Shown: positions 37,499 through 48,824 of the stretch, piece by piece
How positions within the stretch are numbered: position 1 is the first letter of the stretch
Layout of the letters: each line of letters starts with the position of its first letter
Source: Patescibacteria group bacterium
GTDB taxonomy: Bacteria; Patescibacteriota; Minisyncoccia; Phycocordibacterales; PALSA-1337
NCBI GenBank assembly: GCA_024654575.1
Contig: JANLHG010000020.1
Span: forward strand, 55,991-119,990
Reading direction: 5' to 3'
Length of the DNA stretch: 64,000 bases
Translations under genes and position numbers: made by a program
The notes under the pieces: generated by a model
What the model saw: the letters and a program-made list of their open reading frames with translations, nothing else
What the model was told of the DNA's origin: nothing
The model's database searches: none

Positions 37499-37659
37499 AA
37501 ATTTTATAATCTAATTCTACTGTATGTTCAAATGAAATCATATTTTTGTGAAATTACAGATTTTCAATATAATTATTCTTACTCCATATTATTTCATATT
37601 TTTGAGTTTTTTTCTAGTCAGTTATTTTGAAAGCATTTGTTTTGACAAATACAATAATT

Positions 37660-37738
37660 CAGCGTGCAACCTAAAATTTATCCACATTTTTTGATTTTTT
37701 CTTTGAAGTTATACACCTACATTGCTATAATTTAACAT
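37660..37738 (+). promoter_or_regulatory. Copy 2 of conserved ~85-bp promoter element
   Basis: see 17788-17873. Confidence 0.5.
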
Positions 37739-37875
37739 ATTAGGTATTGAAAATTGAAATTTGTAATTTCTCACTTAACATCTAAATTTGGATTTTGAGT
37801 GAGGAATTAGAAATCGTGACAGCATCCTCTCCATCGTTGACTTGAAATACGAATTGGATAAATAGTCAAAAACCT

Positions 37876-37989
37876 ATGAAAATAGGAAGAAGTGCTAAAA
37901 CTGGAAAGTTTGTTCCAGTGAAAAAGGCTCGAGATAACCCATCTACATATGTAGTGGAAACAATCAAGCCCCAGAAAAAAAGAAAATAG
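37876..37989 (+). CDS. possible 37-aa basic peptide in the leader between promoter copy 2 and tRNA-like gene 2
   Basis: MKIGRSAKTGKFVPVKKARDNPSTYVVETIKPQKKRK; followed by AAATAGCC...GGCTATTT hairpin; weak RBS. Confidence 0.25.
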   Translation: MKIGRSAKTGKFVPVKKARDNPSTYVVETIKPQKKRK

Positions 37990-38075
37990 CCCTCGTGTTC
38001 AAACAAAAGGCTATTTTCTAAAAAATTAATATAAACTTTCTTACGAATTTTTATATACCCATACCTTTTGAAGGT

Positions 38076-38313
38076 TGGGCAGAGGAAGTAACACAAGTGA
38101 TTAGGATCTGTGATGAAATTGGTAGACATAATGATTTATCATATCATCGCCGTACAAGCATGCGAGTTCGAATCTCGCCAGATCCACAATTACTTCCTCT
38201 ATCCACTCTTCAAATTTTATAAAGAACGAAAAATTACACCATTTGGGGTGTGAACTAATCTTTTTATTAGAATAGAATCACGTTTCATTTTTATCACTAT
38301 TTTAAACAAACCG
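38076..38313 (+). repeat. Repeated tRNA cassette copy 2 (IRs at 38076-38091 and 38190-38205 plus conserved tail)
   Basis: see 18223-18476. Confidence 0.55.
38104..38186 (+). tRNA. tRNA-like gene (83 nt) with type II (Leu-like) architecture: 3-bp D stem, D-loop AAATTGGTAGA, 14-nt variable region; anticodon loop UUAUCAU
   Basis: GGATCTG/CAGATCC acceptor, ATGAT-TTATCAT-ATCAT anticodon arm, GCGAG-TTCGAAT-CTCGC T arm; anticodon identity ambiguous. Confidence 0.5.
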
Positions 38314-38433
38314 TATATATATGTCATACTATTACATGAGTATATTATACTAATCATTTAGACAGTTTATGATAAAAAACTGTGGATAACTATCCTATAT
38401 TACATTAACGAATAAATCAACTTTAGAACTCCC

Positions 38434-38832
38434 CTACTCGCTCACCTTTCCGTCGAATTCTTCATTGTCTTTTTCGGCTTCTTCTTTAGTGGAATGGACT
38501 ACACCGTCTCTGTGATGCGCTGGAGAGTAGATAGTGTAGAGCTTCAAGTCCTCTGTCGCCGATGTGTTTATGACATTGTGCTTCGCGCCTGTGGGTACCA
38601 CGATTGCCGAGCCGTCGGCAAGCGCGTATTCGTTGCCGTCTATGATGCACTTGCCCTCCCCTTTTTCTATTCTAAAAAATTGATCATTGCCAGTGTGAAT
38701 TTCTTCGCCGATTTCTTCGTTTGGTTTGAGGGACATCAAGACAAGCTGGCTGTGTTTACTAGTATATAAAACTCGGCGAAAATCTGTGTTCGCCAATGTC
38801 TCTTTTTCGATGTTTGCATTAAATCCTTTCAT
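38434..38832 (-). CDS. cupin-domain protein (start trimmed to MKGFNAN...)
   Basis: ORF-track N-terminus MRAEGIEPT... is the reverse translation of tRNA-Val; cupin-like GxxxH...G motifs. Confidence 0.55.
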   Translation of the reverse strand: MKGFNANIEKETLANTDFRRVLYTSKHSQLVLMSLKPNEEIGEEIHTGNDQFFRIEKGEGKCIIDGNEYALADGSAIVVPTGAKHNVINTSATEDLKLYTIYSPAHHRDGVVHSTKEEAEKDNEEFDGKVSE

Positions 38833-38885
38833 GTTTTTTATTTTATCACATGCTACAATAATATCTATTATAATATGGTGGAGTT

Positions 38886-38957
38886 GCGCGCTTAGCTCAG
38901 TGGTAGAGCGACCCCTTGACGTGGGGTAGGCCGTGGGTTCAATCCCCTCAGCGCGCA
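38886..38957 (+). tRNA. tRNA-Val: tRNA-Val (anticodon GAC)
   Basis: GCGCGCT acceptor, GCTC-AGTGGTAGA-GAGC D arm, ACCCC-TTGACGT-GGGGT anticodon arm, GTGGG-TTCAATC-CCCTC T arm (one U-U mismatch). Confidence 0.85.
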
Positions 38958-39133
38958 CATTTATCTAACGACTTCTTGCAGTTTTGCAATACATCTCACG
39001 CAAACAGTTTGATTTTTTCGAGTTTTAATATATTTATTTCCACAAACACACACCAAAATCTCCGCGATAGTTTTTTTCTCTATCCATTTACCCATTTTTG
39101 AAAAAGGTTTTTGATGAATTGCCGGTTTCATAT

Positions 39134-40270
39134 TTATTCTATAAAAGTTAACGCCTTACCCTTTTTGCCAGCTCTCCCTGTTCTTCCAATTCTATGAATA
39201 TAATCGTCGTAAGTGGCAGGAATATCAAAGTTGATGACATAACTAACGTCACTAATATCGAGCCCTCTGGCAGCCACGTCTGTAGCTACTAAGATTTGAA
39301 CATGATTATCTTTGAAAAGATTTAAGGCCTTTTGTCTTCGTGAATGATTTTTATTTCCATGAATAGATTCGGCTTTAAAACCTTTTTGAGATAGAAGTTT
39401 TGATAGTTTTTCAACGCCGTGTTTGGTTCGTCCGAAGATAAGGACTTTATTGAATTCAGCTTTACTCAAAAGAGCTGAAAGCAATTCAATTTTATTACCC
39501 CCGCGAACATGAACAACATCTTGGTCAACATTTTTTGAAGTATCCCCTGTTTTGACAGAAATGGAAACTGGTTCTCGAAGAAAATCTTTGATAAGCGTCT
39601 CTATTTCTTTGGAAATAGTAGCTGAAAAGAAAAGTGTCTGACGAGTTTTGGGCATAAAAGACATCATCAAACGCATATCGTTTATAAAACCCATATCTAG
39701 CATTCTATCTGCTTCGTCAAGCACAACAGTATTAAATGAAGCGAGATTGATACATTTTCGTTCAACTAAGTCTTTGAGACGGCCCGGAGTTCCAATAATA
39801 AAATTATTATGATGTCGTAGAGCTTTTATTTGAGGAATAATATTCGCTCCTCCCACGCAACACACAGAAAAAATTCCTAACATCGGTGTAAAACCACGAA
39901 GCTCTTGTTCAATTTGAATAGCTAGCTCTCGTGTCGGCACCATAATGATAATATTTTCTTTTGAGTTTAGAAGGACTTTATTTATAAGAGGAATAAGAAA
40001 AGCAGCGGTTTTTCCAGTACCAGTATTCGCAATACCAACCACATCAGAACCCTTTAAAATGTGTGGAATTATTTTATCTTGAATAGGAGTCGGCTCTGTG
40101 TATCCTTTGGTAGTAATATTCTTTTTTAGTCGTCCATCAATAGCAAAATCCTCAAAGCGATGCTCTGGTTTAAAATGTTCTATTTGTTCAGTAATAACCG
40201 CTTTATTTATAAATCTAGAAGTGTTTATTCTCTGATTCTGTGATCCGCCACGTCGTTTTTGTCTGTACAT
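39134..40270 (-). CDS. DEAD-box ATP-dependent RNA helicase
   Basis: Q-motif, ANTGTGKT, PTRELA, DEAD, SAT, HRIGRTGR. Confidence 0.85.
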   Translation of the reverse strand: MYRQKRRGGSQNQRINTSRFINKAVITEQIEHFKPEHRFEDFAIDGRLKKNITTKGYTEPTPIQDKIIPHILKGSDVVGIANTGTGKTAAFLIPLINKVLLNSKENIIIMVPTRELAIQIEQELRGFTPMLGIFSVCCVGGANIIPQIKALRHHNNFIIGTPGRLKDLVERKCINLASFNTVVLDEADRMLDMGFINDMRLMMSFMPKTRQTLFFSATISKEIETLIKDFLREPVSISVKTGDTSKNVDQDVVHVRGGNKIELLSALLSKAEFNKVLIFGRTKHGVEKLSKLLSQKGFKAESIHGNKNHSRRQKALNLFKDNHVQILVATDVAARGLDISDVSYVINFDIPATYDDYIHRIGRTGRAGKKGKALTFIE

Positions 40271-40337
40271 TTACCTACTATATATCAAAACACTTATTTT
40301 GTCAATCAACCGAAAGATATACTAAAATTGACACTCG

Positions 40338-40420
40338 GAAAAATTTGGCGTGCAACTCCAAATTTATCCACATTTTTAGATTTTTTTCTTTGAAGTTAAT
40401 GCTTACGCTGATATAATTTA
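40338..40420 (+). promoter_or_regulatory. Copy 3 of conserved ~85-bp promoter element, 30 bp upstream of nrdJ
   Basis: see 17788-17873. Confidence 0.5.
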
Positions 40421-40451
40421 TTAAATTAATAGATTGATTAAAAAATAATAT

Positions 40452-42764
40452 ATGAAATCAAAAAGGAAATCTACAGCAACAGAGACAGTTGTAAAAAATA
40501 TTCAAAAAAGAGACGGTACTGTTGTTCCTTTTGATGTTCAAAAAATCACTAATGCTATCAACAAAGCAATGCTTGTTGCTAGCGAAGGTTCTTTAAAAGA
40601 AGCTGGAATGGTTGCGAATAAAGTATACGCAGATGCTGTTAGAATAACTAAAAAATATAAAAATTTCATACCGACTGTTGAAGGTATTCAAGATACAGTA
40701 GAAAAAGAACTTATTTTAAGCGAATATGTTAAAACTGCTAAACACTACATTATTTATAGAGAAGAAAGGTCAAAACTTCGGGAAAAAGGATTACGCGTGC
40801 CTGCAAAAGTCAAAAAATTAGCGGAAGATAGCAAAAAATATTTTAGAAACTCACTTGGAGAATTTGTTTATTACAGAACATATTCAAAATGGATTGATAA
40901 CGAACAAAGACGAGAAACTTGGATTGAAACTGTAGACCGTTATATGGCTTTTATGAAAGAAAATCTTGGTAATAAATTGAAAGAAACTGAGTACAAAGAA
41001 GTACAAGAGGCGATTTTAAAACAAGATGCTCTACCATCAATGAGATTACTTCAATTTGCTGGTACAGCAACCAGAACAACAAATGTCTGTGCCTATAATT
41101 GTTCTTTTATCGCACCAGAGTGTTTTCAAGATTTAGCTGAAATAATGTATGTTTTGATGTGTGGCACCGGAGCTGGATTTTCAGTTGAAAGTCAAAATAT
41201 CCAAAAATTTCCTCAAATCAATTTGCAAACTGGAAAAAAAATGCCAACTCATATAATTCCTGATAGCAAAGAAGGTTGGGCGGATGCTTTGGTTGTAGGA
41301 ATGAATGCTTGGGCTGATGGAAATGACATTGAATTTGATTTCTCACAATTAAGACCAGCTGGAGCTCGTTTAAAAACTATGGGTGGCAAGTCCTCTGGCC
41401 CAGACCCTATTAGAAAACTACTTGGTTTTACCAGAGAAAAAATGATTGCAAGACAAGGAAAGCGTTTAAGAAATATTGATGTGCACGATATCATTTGTAT
41501 GATTGGTGAATGTGTTGTGGCGGGTGGAGTCAGAAGAAGTGCTTTAATTTCCCTATCAGATTTAGATGATAATGACATAAGAGATGCAAAAAAGGGTGCT
41601 TTCTACAATACAGAACCACAAAGAATGCTTTCAAATAACTCTGCTGTCTACATGCAAAAGCCATCAAGTGCTGAATTTATGGAAGAATGGATAGCTCTTA
41701 TGAAATCAGGTTCTGGAGAAAGAGGAATATTTAACCGTGGTTCATTAGCCAAAACATTACCAGAAAGAAGAATAAAAGTTTTGAAAGAATACAAAAATTA
41801 TTTTGACGCATCTGGCACAACAATTATCGGTTCAATTGGTACGAATCCTTGTGGAGAAATAATTTTGCAATCAAAACAATTCTGTAATCTTACAAATGTT
41901 GTAGCGAGAGCTGGCGATACAGAAGATGCTCTTTTGAAAAAAATTAAAATAGCTACAATTATCGGAACTTATCAGTCTACTTTAACTAATTTTCCATATT
42001 TATCTAAGGGTTGGAAAATAAATTGTGATAAAGAAAGATTGCTTGGAATTGGTCTGGCTGGACAATGGGATTGTGATGTCGTGAGAAAGCCAGAAATACT
42101 TGAAAAACTAAAAAAGGAAACTATTAAAGTAAATAAAGTTTATGCTAAGAAATTTGGAGTCAGTGAATCCACTGCTATAACTTGTGTAAAACCAGATGGA
42201 AATTCTTCACAAACTTTTGATTATTCTTCAGGAATGCATCCGCGACATTCAAAATACTACATTAGAAGAGTGAGAATTGCGGCCACTGATTCCCTATTTA
42301 AAATGCTTCGAGATCAAGGTGTACCATATTTCCCAGAAGTGGGACAATCTCTTGAAAACGCCACAACCTATGTATTAGAATTCCCAGTTAAAGCTCCATC
42401 AGGGTCAATTTTTAAAGAAGATTTAACTGCCATAGACCAACTTGAGCATTGGAAAATGGTAAAGATAAACTATACCGAACACAATCCTTCAGTGACTATA
42501 TCGGTTGGAGATGATGAATGGATAGAAGTAGCAAATTGGGTTTATAAAAATTGGGATATGATTGGTGGACTTTCTTTTCTTCCAAGAGAAAAGCATATTT
42601 ATCAACTCGCTCCATATGAAAAAATTGATGAGAAAAGATATCTTGAATTATCAGAAAGATTTAAAGATTTAGATTATTCAAAAATAATAACTTACGAAAA
42701 AACAAACGAACTTAATGTCAAGAAAGAGCTTGCTTGCGTAGCTGGTGTTTGCGATATAATGTAA
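40452..42764 (+). CDS. nrdJ: class II (adenosylcobalamin-dependent) ribonucleotide reductase with N-terminal ATP-cone
   Basis: ATP-cone VVKRDGTVVPFDVQKITNAI; active-site GTNPCGEI; C-terminal CVAGVC; no nrdB nearby. Confidence 0.75.
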   Translation: MKSKRKSTATETVVKNIQKRDGTVVPFDVQKITNAINKAMLVASEGSLKEAGMVANKVYADAVRITKKYKNFIPTVEGIQDTVEKELILSEYVKTAKHYIIYREERSKLREKGLRVPAKVKKLAEDSKKYFRNSLGEFVYYRTYSKWIDNEQRRETWIETVDRYMAFMKENLGNKLKETEYKEVQEAILKQDALPSMRLLQFAGTATRTTNVCAYNCSFIAPECFQDLAEIMYVLMCGTGAGFSVESQNIQKFPQINLQTGKKMPTHIIPDSKEGWADALVVGMNAWADGNDIEFDFSQLRPAGARLKTMGGKSSGPDPIRKLLGFTREKMIARQGKRLRNIDVHDIICMIGECVVAGGVRRSALISLSDLDDNDIRDAKKGAFYNTEPQRMLSNNSAVYMQKPSSAEFMEEWIALMKSGSGERGIFNRGSLAKTLPERRIKVLKEYKNYFDASGTTIIGSIGTNPCGEIILQSKQFCNLTNVVARAGDTEDALLKKIKIATIIGTYQSTLTNFPYLSKGWKINCDKERLLGIGLAGQWDCDVVRKPEILEKLKKETIKVNKVYAKKFGVSESTAITCVKPDGNSSQTFDYSSGMHPRHSKYYIRRVRIAATDSLFKMLRDQGVPYFPEVGQSLENATTYVLEFPVKAPSGSIFKEDLTAIDQLEHWKMVKINYTEHNPSVTISVGDDEWIEVANWVYKNWDMIGGLSFLPREKHIYQLAPYEKIDEKRYLELSERFKDLDYSKIITYEKTNELNVKKELACVAGVCDIM

Positions 42765-43150
42765 AAATTAATCCAGATACTAACAAAAGTGAAGTAAAAG
42801 CTGAAAACATACAATACAAACAAATAGCTTTCAATATTTCTATTTGCACATACACAAAATATAGAGATGAAATAAATCCAATTGGTATTAGTATTTTTAT
42901 TATTCTATAAAATAAAACTTTTGGATTAGTAATTAAAGCTACTGAACACAAAAATATTATTAAATAGTAAATTGCTCCCATCAGAGCTACCGGTACTCCA
43001 GCAATGACAGAATAAGAGCTTGTAGTGACAATTTCACATCCTTTAACCAAAGAACAAGGCGGTATCTTCCCAAGAAAATGTTCTATGCTCAAATAACTTG
43101 CATCTATAAAACCAAGAAAAGAAAGGATTAAAAAATAAAGACCGAGTTTT

Positions 43151-45029
<1,879 letters not shown>

Positions 45030-45116
45030 TTAGCAGAATATTATAAAAATTGAAATAAAAATACTCCGAGAGGTTTGACCCTCCCGGAGTAGTATTTGAA
45101 ACGAGGAACTTTGAGA

Positions 45117-46226
45117 TCATCGAACCGCCAGTGTCTCGCCGGCATACTCGAGATTCTTCGGCTTGATGACGACTTTCTTGTCGCCGTCTTCGATGTGTCC
45201 CGCCAAGAATGCACGCAGACCGAGTTTCTTTGCAACATCAATCACTTGGGTCGCTTGCGCTTCGGTCACGTAGAGCGCAAACCCAGCGCCCATGTTGAGA
45301 TTGCCGTAGGCTTCCTCGTCATCGACAGGTCCATGCTTTTGCAGGAAATCAAAGATCGGAAGCTGTGTCGGAAGTTTTTCTATCACGTAGGTGAATGGCT
45401 GTGTCGCCCGCATGAGCTTGCGCCATCCGTGACCCGTGATATTGACCGTGTAGTGAATGTTTCCACCATAATCAAGATTGAGACAATCCTCTACCAAGCC
45501 CACGTAGATATGAGTCGGATCGAGGAGCGTTTCGCCGTAGGTCCGGTCGTCGGAGAGTTTCGTGAGATACCCTTCCGGCAGTTTGTCAGCAATCTTCCGC
45601 GCCAGAGTGAGTCCGTTGGCATGAATGCCGGAACTCTCGATGAGAACGATTGCATCGCCGTGCTGAATCGGACCAGCAATGAGACGCTCCTTCGGTTTGA
45701 CGATACCAATCGCCGAACCGGAGAGCACGACTGCTTCCGGAACCACGACACCCTTGAGAGTCGGCGTTTCGCCTCCACCCCAGGTGCAACGTGCCAGGTT
45801 ACAGGCATTCTTCCAGCCAGTGACAAGATCGCCTGTGCGTTTATCATCATTGAACCAGTCGGAAGTGCCGACCGCCAGATGCATCGCCACAGATAGTGGC
45901 AGTGCGCCAAGCGTGACCAGATCGTTGACAATCATGGCAACTGTGCATTGCGCGATCTGATCGTAATACGATTTGCCGGTGAGGGCATACATCGCATCAG
46001 CAACCAGATTCTTGGTGCCAAGTCCTTCCTCGACGTGGGCGAAGTAGCTTTTGGCCGCCTCGATCAGATAGGCGCTTTCGCCTCTCGAAGGTTCGAATTC
46101 CCGGAACTCCCCACCATTGAGGCGATTGATGTTTCCAGAAGTTTCTCGCGCAGCAAGCTGTGCCATCCGTTTGAATGGGTCCATGGCATCGTAATTGACA
46201 CCGGTACCCGCATAGGTCATGTTCAT
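45117..46226 (-). CDS. PurM-superfamily (AIR synthase-related) protein in a high-GC island
   Basis: GVNYDAMD..., VNDLV..., WGGGET..., SSGIHANG..., ITGHGW align with PurM blocks but divergent (EEGLGTK instead of GTDGVGTK); local GC ~55%. Confidence 0.55.
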   Translation of the reverse strand: MNMTYAGTGVNYDAMDPFKRMAQLAARETSGNINRLNGGEFREFEPSRGESAYLIEAAKSYFAHVEEGLGTKNLVADAMYALTGKSYYDQIAQCTVAMIVNDLVTLGALPLSVAMHLAVGTSDWFNDDKRTGDLVTGWKNACNLARCTWGGGETPTLKGVVVPEAVVLSGSAIGIVKPKERLIAGPIQHGDAIVLIESSGIHANGLTLARKIADKLPEGYLTKLSDDRTYGETLLDPTHIYVGLVEDCLNLDYGGNIHYTVNITGHGWRKLMRATQPFTYVIEKLPTQLPIFDFLQKHGPVDDEEAYGNLNMGAGFALYVTEAQATQVIDVAKKLGLRAFLAGHIEDGDKKVVIKPKNLEYAGETLAVR

Positions 46227-46317
46227 TCTTAATCTCCTATATTTTGTTGTTTTTGTTCTTTGTTTTTTTGATTCTACTAACAGATTAATTCAAATAAATA
46301 TTAAAGTCAATAAAAAA

Positions 46318-46761
46318 TTAATTCTGAACATCTACAATTTCAACATCAAAAGTCAAAGTAGCGTTTGCTGGAATAATTGGTGGAAATCCTTGAGAACCAT
46401 AACCTTTTTCTGGAGGAATAACTAAATGTTTTGTCTCTCCCACTTTCATTCCAATCAATCCTTCATCCCAACCTTGAATAACTTGTCCAATACCAAGAGT
46501 AAATTTAATCGGACCATGATTAGCTGAAGTATCAAAAACTGTTCCATCTTCCAATTTACCAACATAATTAACAGTTACTACTGAACCCTGTTTTGCTAAG
46601 TTAGTATTAGCATTATCGTTATTAACTACCTCTTTTACTTCGTTATTATTGTTTTGTTCATTTATATTCATAGAAGGTTTTTTTGATGATAAAAAATAAT
46701 AAAAAAATCCAAAAATTACTACAATTGAAACTACTACCGCTACCCATTGATTTGTTTTCAT
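46318..46761 (-). CDS. FKBP-type peptidyl-prolyl cis-trans isomerase, membrane anchored
   Basis: VTVNYVGKLEDGTVFDTS...IQGWDEGLIGMKVGE...TLTFDVEIVDV. Confidence 0.75.
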   Translation of the reverse strand: MKTNQWVAVVVSIVVIFGFFYYFLSSKKPSMNINEQNNNNEVKEVVNNDNANTNLAKQGSVVTVNYVGKLEDGTVFDTSANHGPIKFTLGIGQVIQGWDEGLIGMKVGETKHLVIPPEKGYGSQGFPPIIPANATLTFDVEIVDVQN

Positions 46762-46811
46762 ACTCTATGTTTTTTATAGCTATTAAAAATAATTACTGAT
46801 ATTATAGCACA

Positions 46812-47537
46812 ATGATGGAAATAGATGCAAAATATCCAATTCGTATAAACAGATATTTATCGCTTAAAAATTATGCGACTCGAAAAGGTGCGGATGAATT
46901 AATTAAACAAGGTCTCGTAACTATAAATGGAAAAATAGCAGTCCTCGGTGATAAAGTGCAAGAAAATGATAAAGTTGAAGTAAATGAAGAATTGAGAAAT
47001 GAAATAAAACACAGGACATATCTTGCCTATAATAAACCAGCTGGAATTGTCACTTCCCTACCCCAAGGAAATGAAAAAAGTATAGAAGATGTTACCCATT
47101 TTCCTAAAAAGGTTTTTCCTATTGGACGATTAGATAAAGATTCACATGGATTAATTATATTAACTGATGACGGTAGAATTACCGATAAACTACTAAATCC
47201 TAAATATATTCATGAAAAAGAATATGTTGTTCAAGTACATAAAGAAATGACACCTAAATTTTTAAAAAAAATGGAAACAGGCGTCAAACTTGATGATAAT
47301 TATATCACTAAACCATGTGAAGTGTATAGAATGACCAAAAATAAATTTAGAATAATAATCACCGAAGGTAAAAAAAGGCAAATTAGAAGAATGTGTCTTG
47401 CTCAAGGATATGAAGTCATGGACCTTTGTCGTATAAGAATTATGAATATTCAACTTTCTGATATAGGTGAAGGAGAATCTAGAAAAATAAAAGGCAAAAT
47501 GTTAGAGGTTTTTTTAGAGGGATTGGGTATGATATAA
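46812..47537 (+). CDS. rRNA pseudouridine synthase (RsuA/RluB family, S4 domain)
   Basis: S4 N-terminus; GRLDKDSHGLIILTDDG catalytic Asp motif. Confidence 0.8.
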   Translation: MMEIDAKYPIRINRYLSLKNYATRKGADELIKQGLVTINGKIAVLGDKVQENDKVEVNEELRNEIKHRTYLAYNKPAGIVTSLPQGNEKSIEDVTHFPKKVFPIGRLDKDSHGLIILTDDGRITDKLLNPKYIHEKEYVVQVHKEMTPKFLKKMETGVKLDDNYITKPCEVYRMTKNKFRIIITEGKKRQIRRMCLAQGYEVMDLCRIRIMNIQLSDIGEGESRKIKGKMLEVFLEGLGMI

Positions 47538-47553
47538 TAAAATTATTCACAAT

Positions 47554-47940
47554 ATGCAAAAAGATTTTAATGGGTGGAATAAAAAAAAGAAAAAAATGCA
47601 TAATCGGGAAGATACTCCATTTTTTCATACGAGAGAAATTTGGTGGTGTTCTCTAGGAGTTAATATCGGTTTTGAACAAGATGGTACTGGTGAAAACTTT
47701 TACAGACCCGTACTTATTTTAAAAGGTATGAGCAAAGAAACATGTTTTGTAATACCGCTTACCACTTCAGATAAAAGGCATAAGTTTCGTCCATCAATTG
47801 GTATTGTAGATGGAAAAGAAGCTAAAGCATTACTTTCTCAAATGCGTCTAATTGATGCCAAAAGATTAATACGAAAAATGGAATATCTAGATGAAAAGAT
47901 TTTTGAACGCATAAGAAAAACCATCAAAGAAATGCTTTGA
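47554..47940 (+). CDS. MazF/PemK-like endoribonuclease toxin (putative), no obvious antitoxin
   Basis: REIWWCSLGVNIGFEQDG...RPVLILK...CFVIPLTTS fits PemK fold pattern. Confidence 0.45.
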   Translation: MQKDFNGWNKKKKKMHNREDTPFFHTREIWWCSLGVNIGFEQDGTGENFYRPVLILKGMSKETCFVIPLTTSDKRHKFRPSIGIVDGKEAKALLSQMRLIDAKRLIRKMEYLDEKIFERIRKTIKEML

Positions 47941-48168
47941 TGGTTTTTCTCTGTTTGCCTCTTGCGAGGCGAGCCCGAAGGCACTTGTATCTAAAGGATA
48001 GCAAATACTGAGTAATAACACAAGTATTGTAAGATGGTAGCACTTTTTCGTCAGTAGTATGCGATCAACTTTCGAGATTGAATGTATAATCTCGGCTTCA
48101 CAGCAATGTGGAGCTTTTTTATTTTAAAGTTTGTAATCAAATTTGAGGGATGTTATACTTTACCAATC

Positions 48169-48822
48169 ATGAACGAAAATACACAAAATAATCAAACAGC
48201 AGAAACAAGAATTACGGAAATAAATGATGAATTTAAGAGAGGTTTTGCGTTTATAAAAAATTATGAAAAATCGGCATCATTTTTTGGTTCTGCTAGAACA
48301 AAAGAAGATTCTGATAACTATAAATTCGCTTATAAATTAGCAAAAAGAATTTCAGAAGAACTAAAATATACGATTGTGACTGGAGGTGGTCCTGGAATAA
48401 TGGAAGCAGCAAATAAAGGAGCTTTTGACTCTGGAGGTAATTCTCTTGGTATGACAATCAAACTTCCAAGAGAACAAGCTGTTAATCCTTACGTTCAAAA
48501 AAGTGAAGAGTTTTACTATTTTTTTGTCAGAAAAGTGATGCTCTCTTTTTCCGCTGAAGCTTACATTTTCTTTCCTGGAGGGTTTGGAACAATGGATGAA
48601 TTTTTTGAAATATTAACTCTAGTTCAAACACATAAAATTCCTCAAGTGCCTATTATTCTCGTAGGAAAAGAATATTGGGAACCGCTAGAAAATTATTTAA
48701 AACAACATCTCCTAGATGAACACAAAGCTATTGGAGTTAATGATTTAAAACTCTATACTATTACTGATGATGAAGAAGAAATTATGAAAATTGTCCGAGA
48801 AGCTCCAATTAGAAAAGAATAA
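48169..48822 (+). CDS. LOG family protein (cytokinin riboside 5'-monophosphate phosphoribohydrolase-like)
   Basis: TGGGPGIMEA and PGGFGTMDE motifs; start trimmed to MNENTQ. Confidence 0.75.
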   Translation: MNENTQNNQTAETRITEINDEFKRGFAFIKNYEKSASFFGSARTKEDSDNYKFAYKLAKRISEELKYTIVTGGGPGIMEAANKGAFDSGGNSLGMTIKLPREQAVNPYVQKSEEFYYFFVRKVMLSFSAEAYIFFPGGFGTMDEFFEILTLVQTHKIPQVPIILVGKEYWEPLENYLKQHLLDEHKAIGVNDLKLYTITDDEEEIMKIVREAPIRKE

Positions 48823-48824
48823 GA

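Noticed and set aside
37866-38129. 87-aa minus-strand ORF
   Set aside because: It overlaps tRNA-like gene 2, its IR and the small plus-strand ORF, and has no motif; likely spurious.
38833-38958. N-terminal 42 residues of ORF 38434..38958 (MRAEGIEPTAYPTSRGRSTTELSAQ...)
   Set aside because: This stretch is the reverse-strand translation of tRNA-Val (GIEPT from the T-arm); the real cupin gene starts at the internal Met (38832).
45041-46232. Nine overlapping ORFs on both strands (e.g. 45096..45896 +, 45491..45931 -, 45586..45789 -, 45679..45960 +, 45948..46232 +)
   Set aside because: Open frames that arise by chance in a locally high-GC segment; only the 369-aa minus-strand PurM-like ORF has recognisable motifs.
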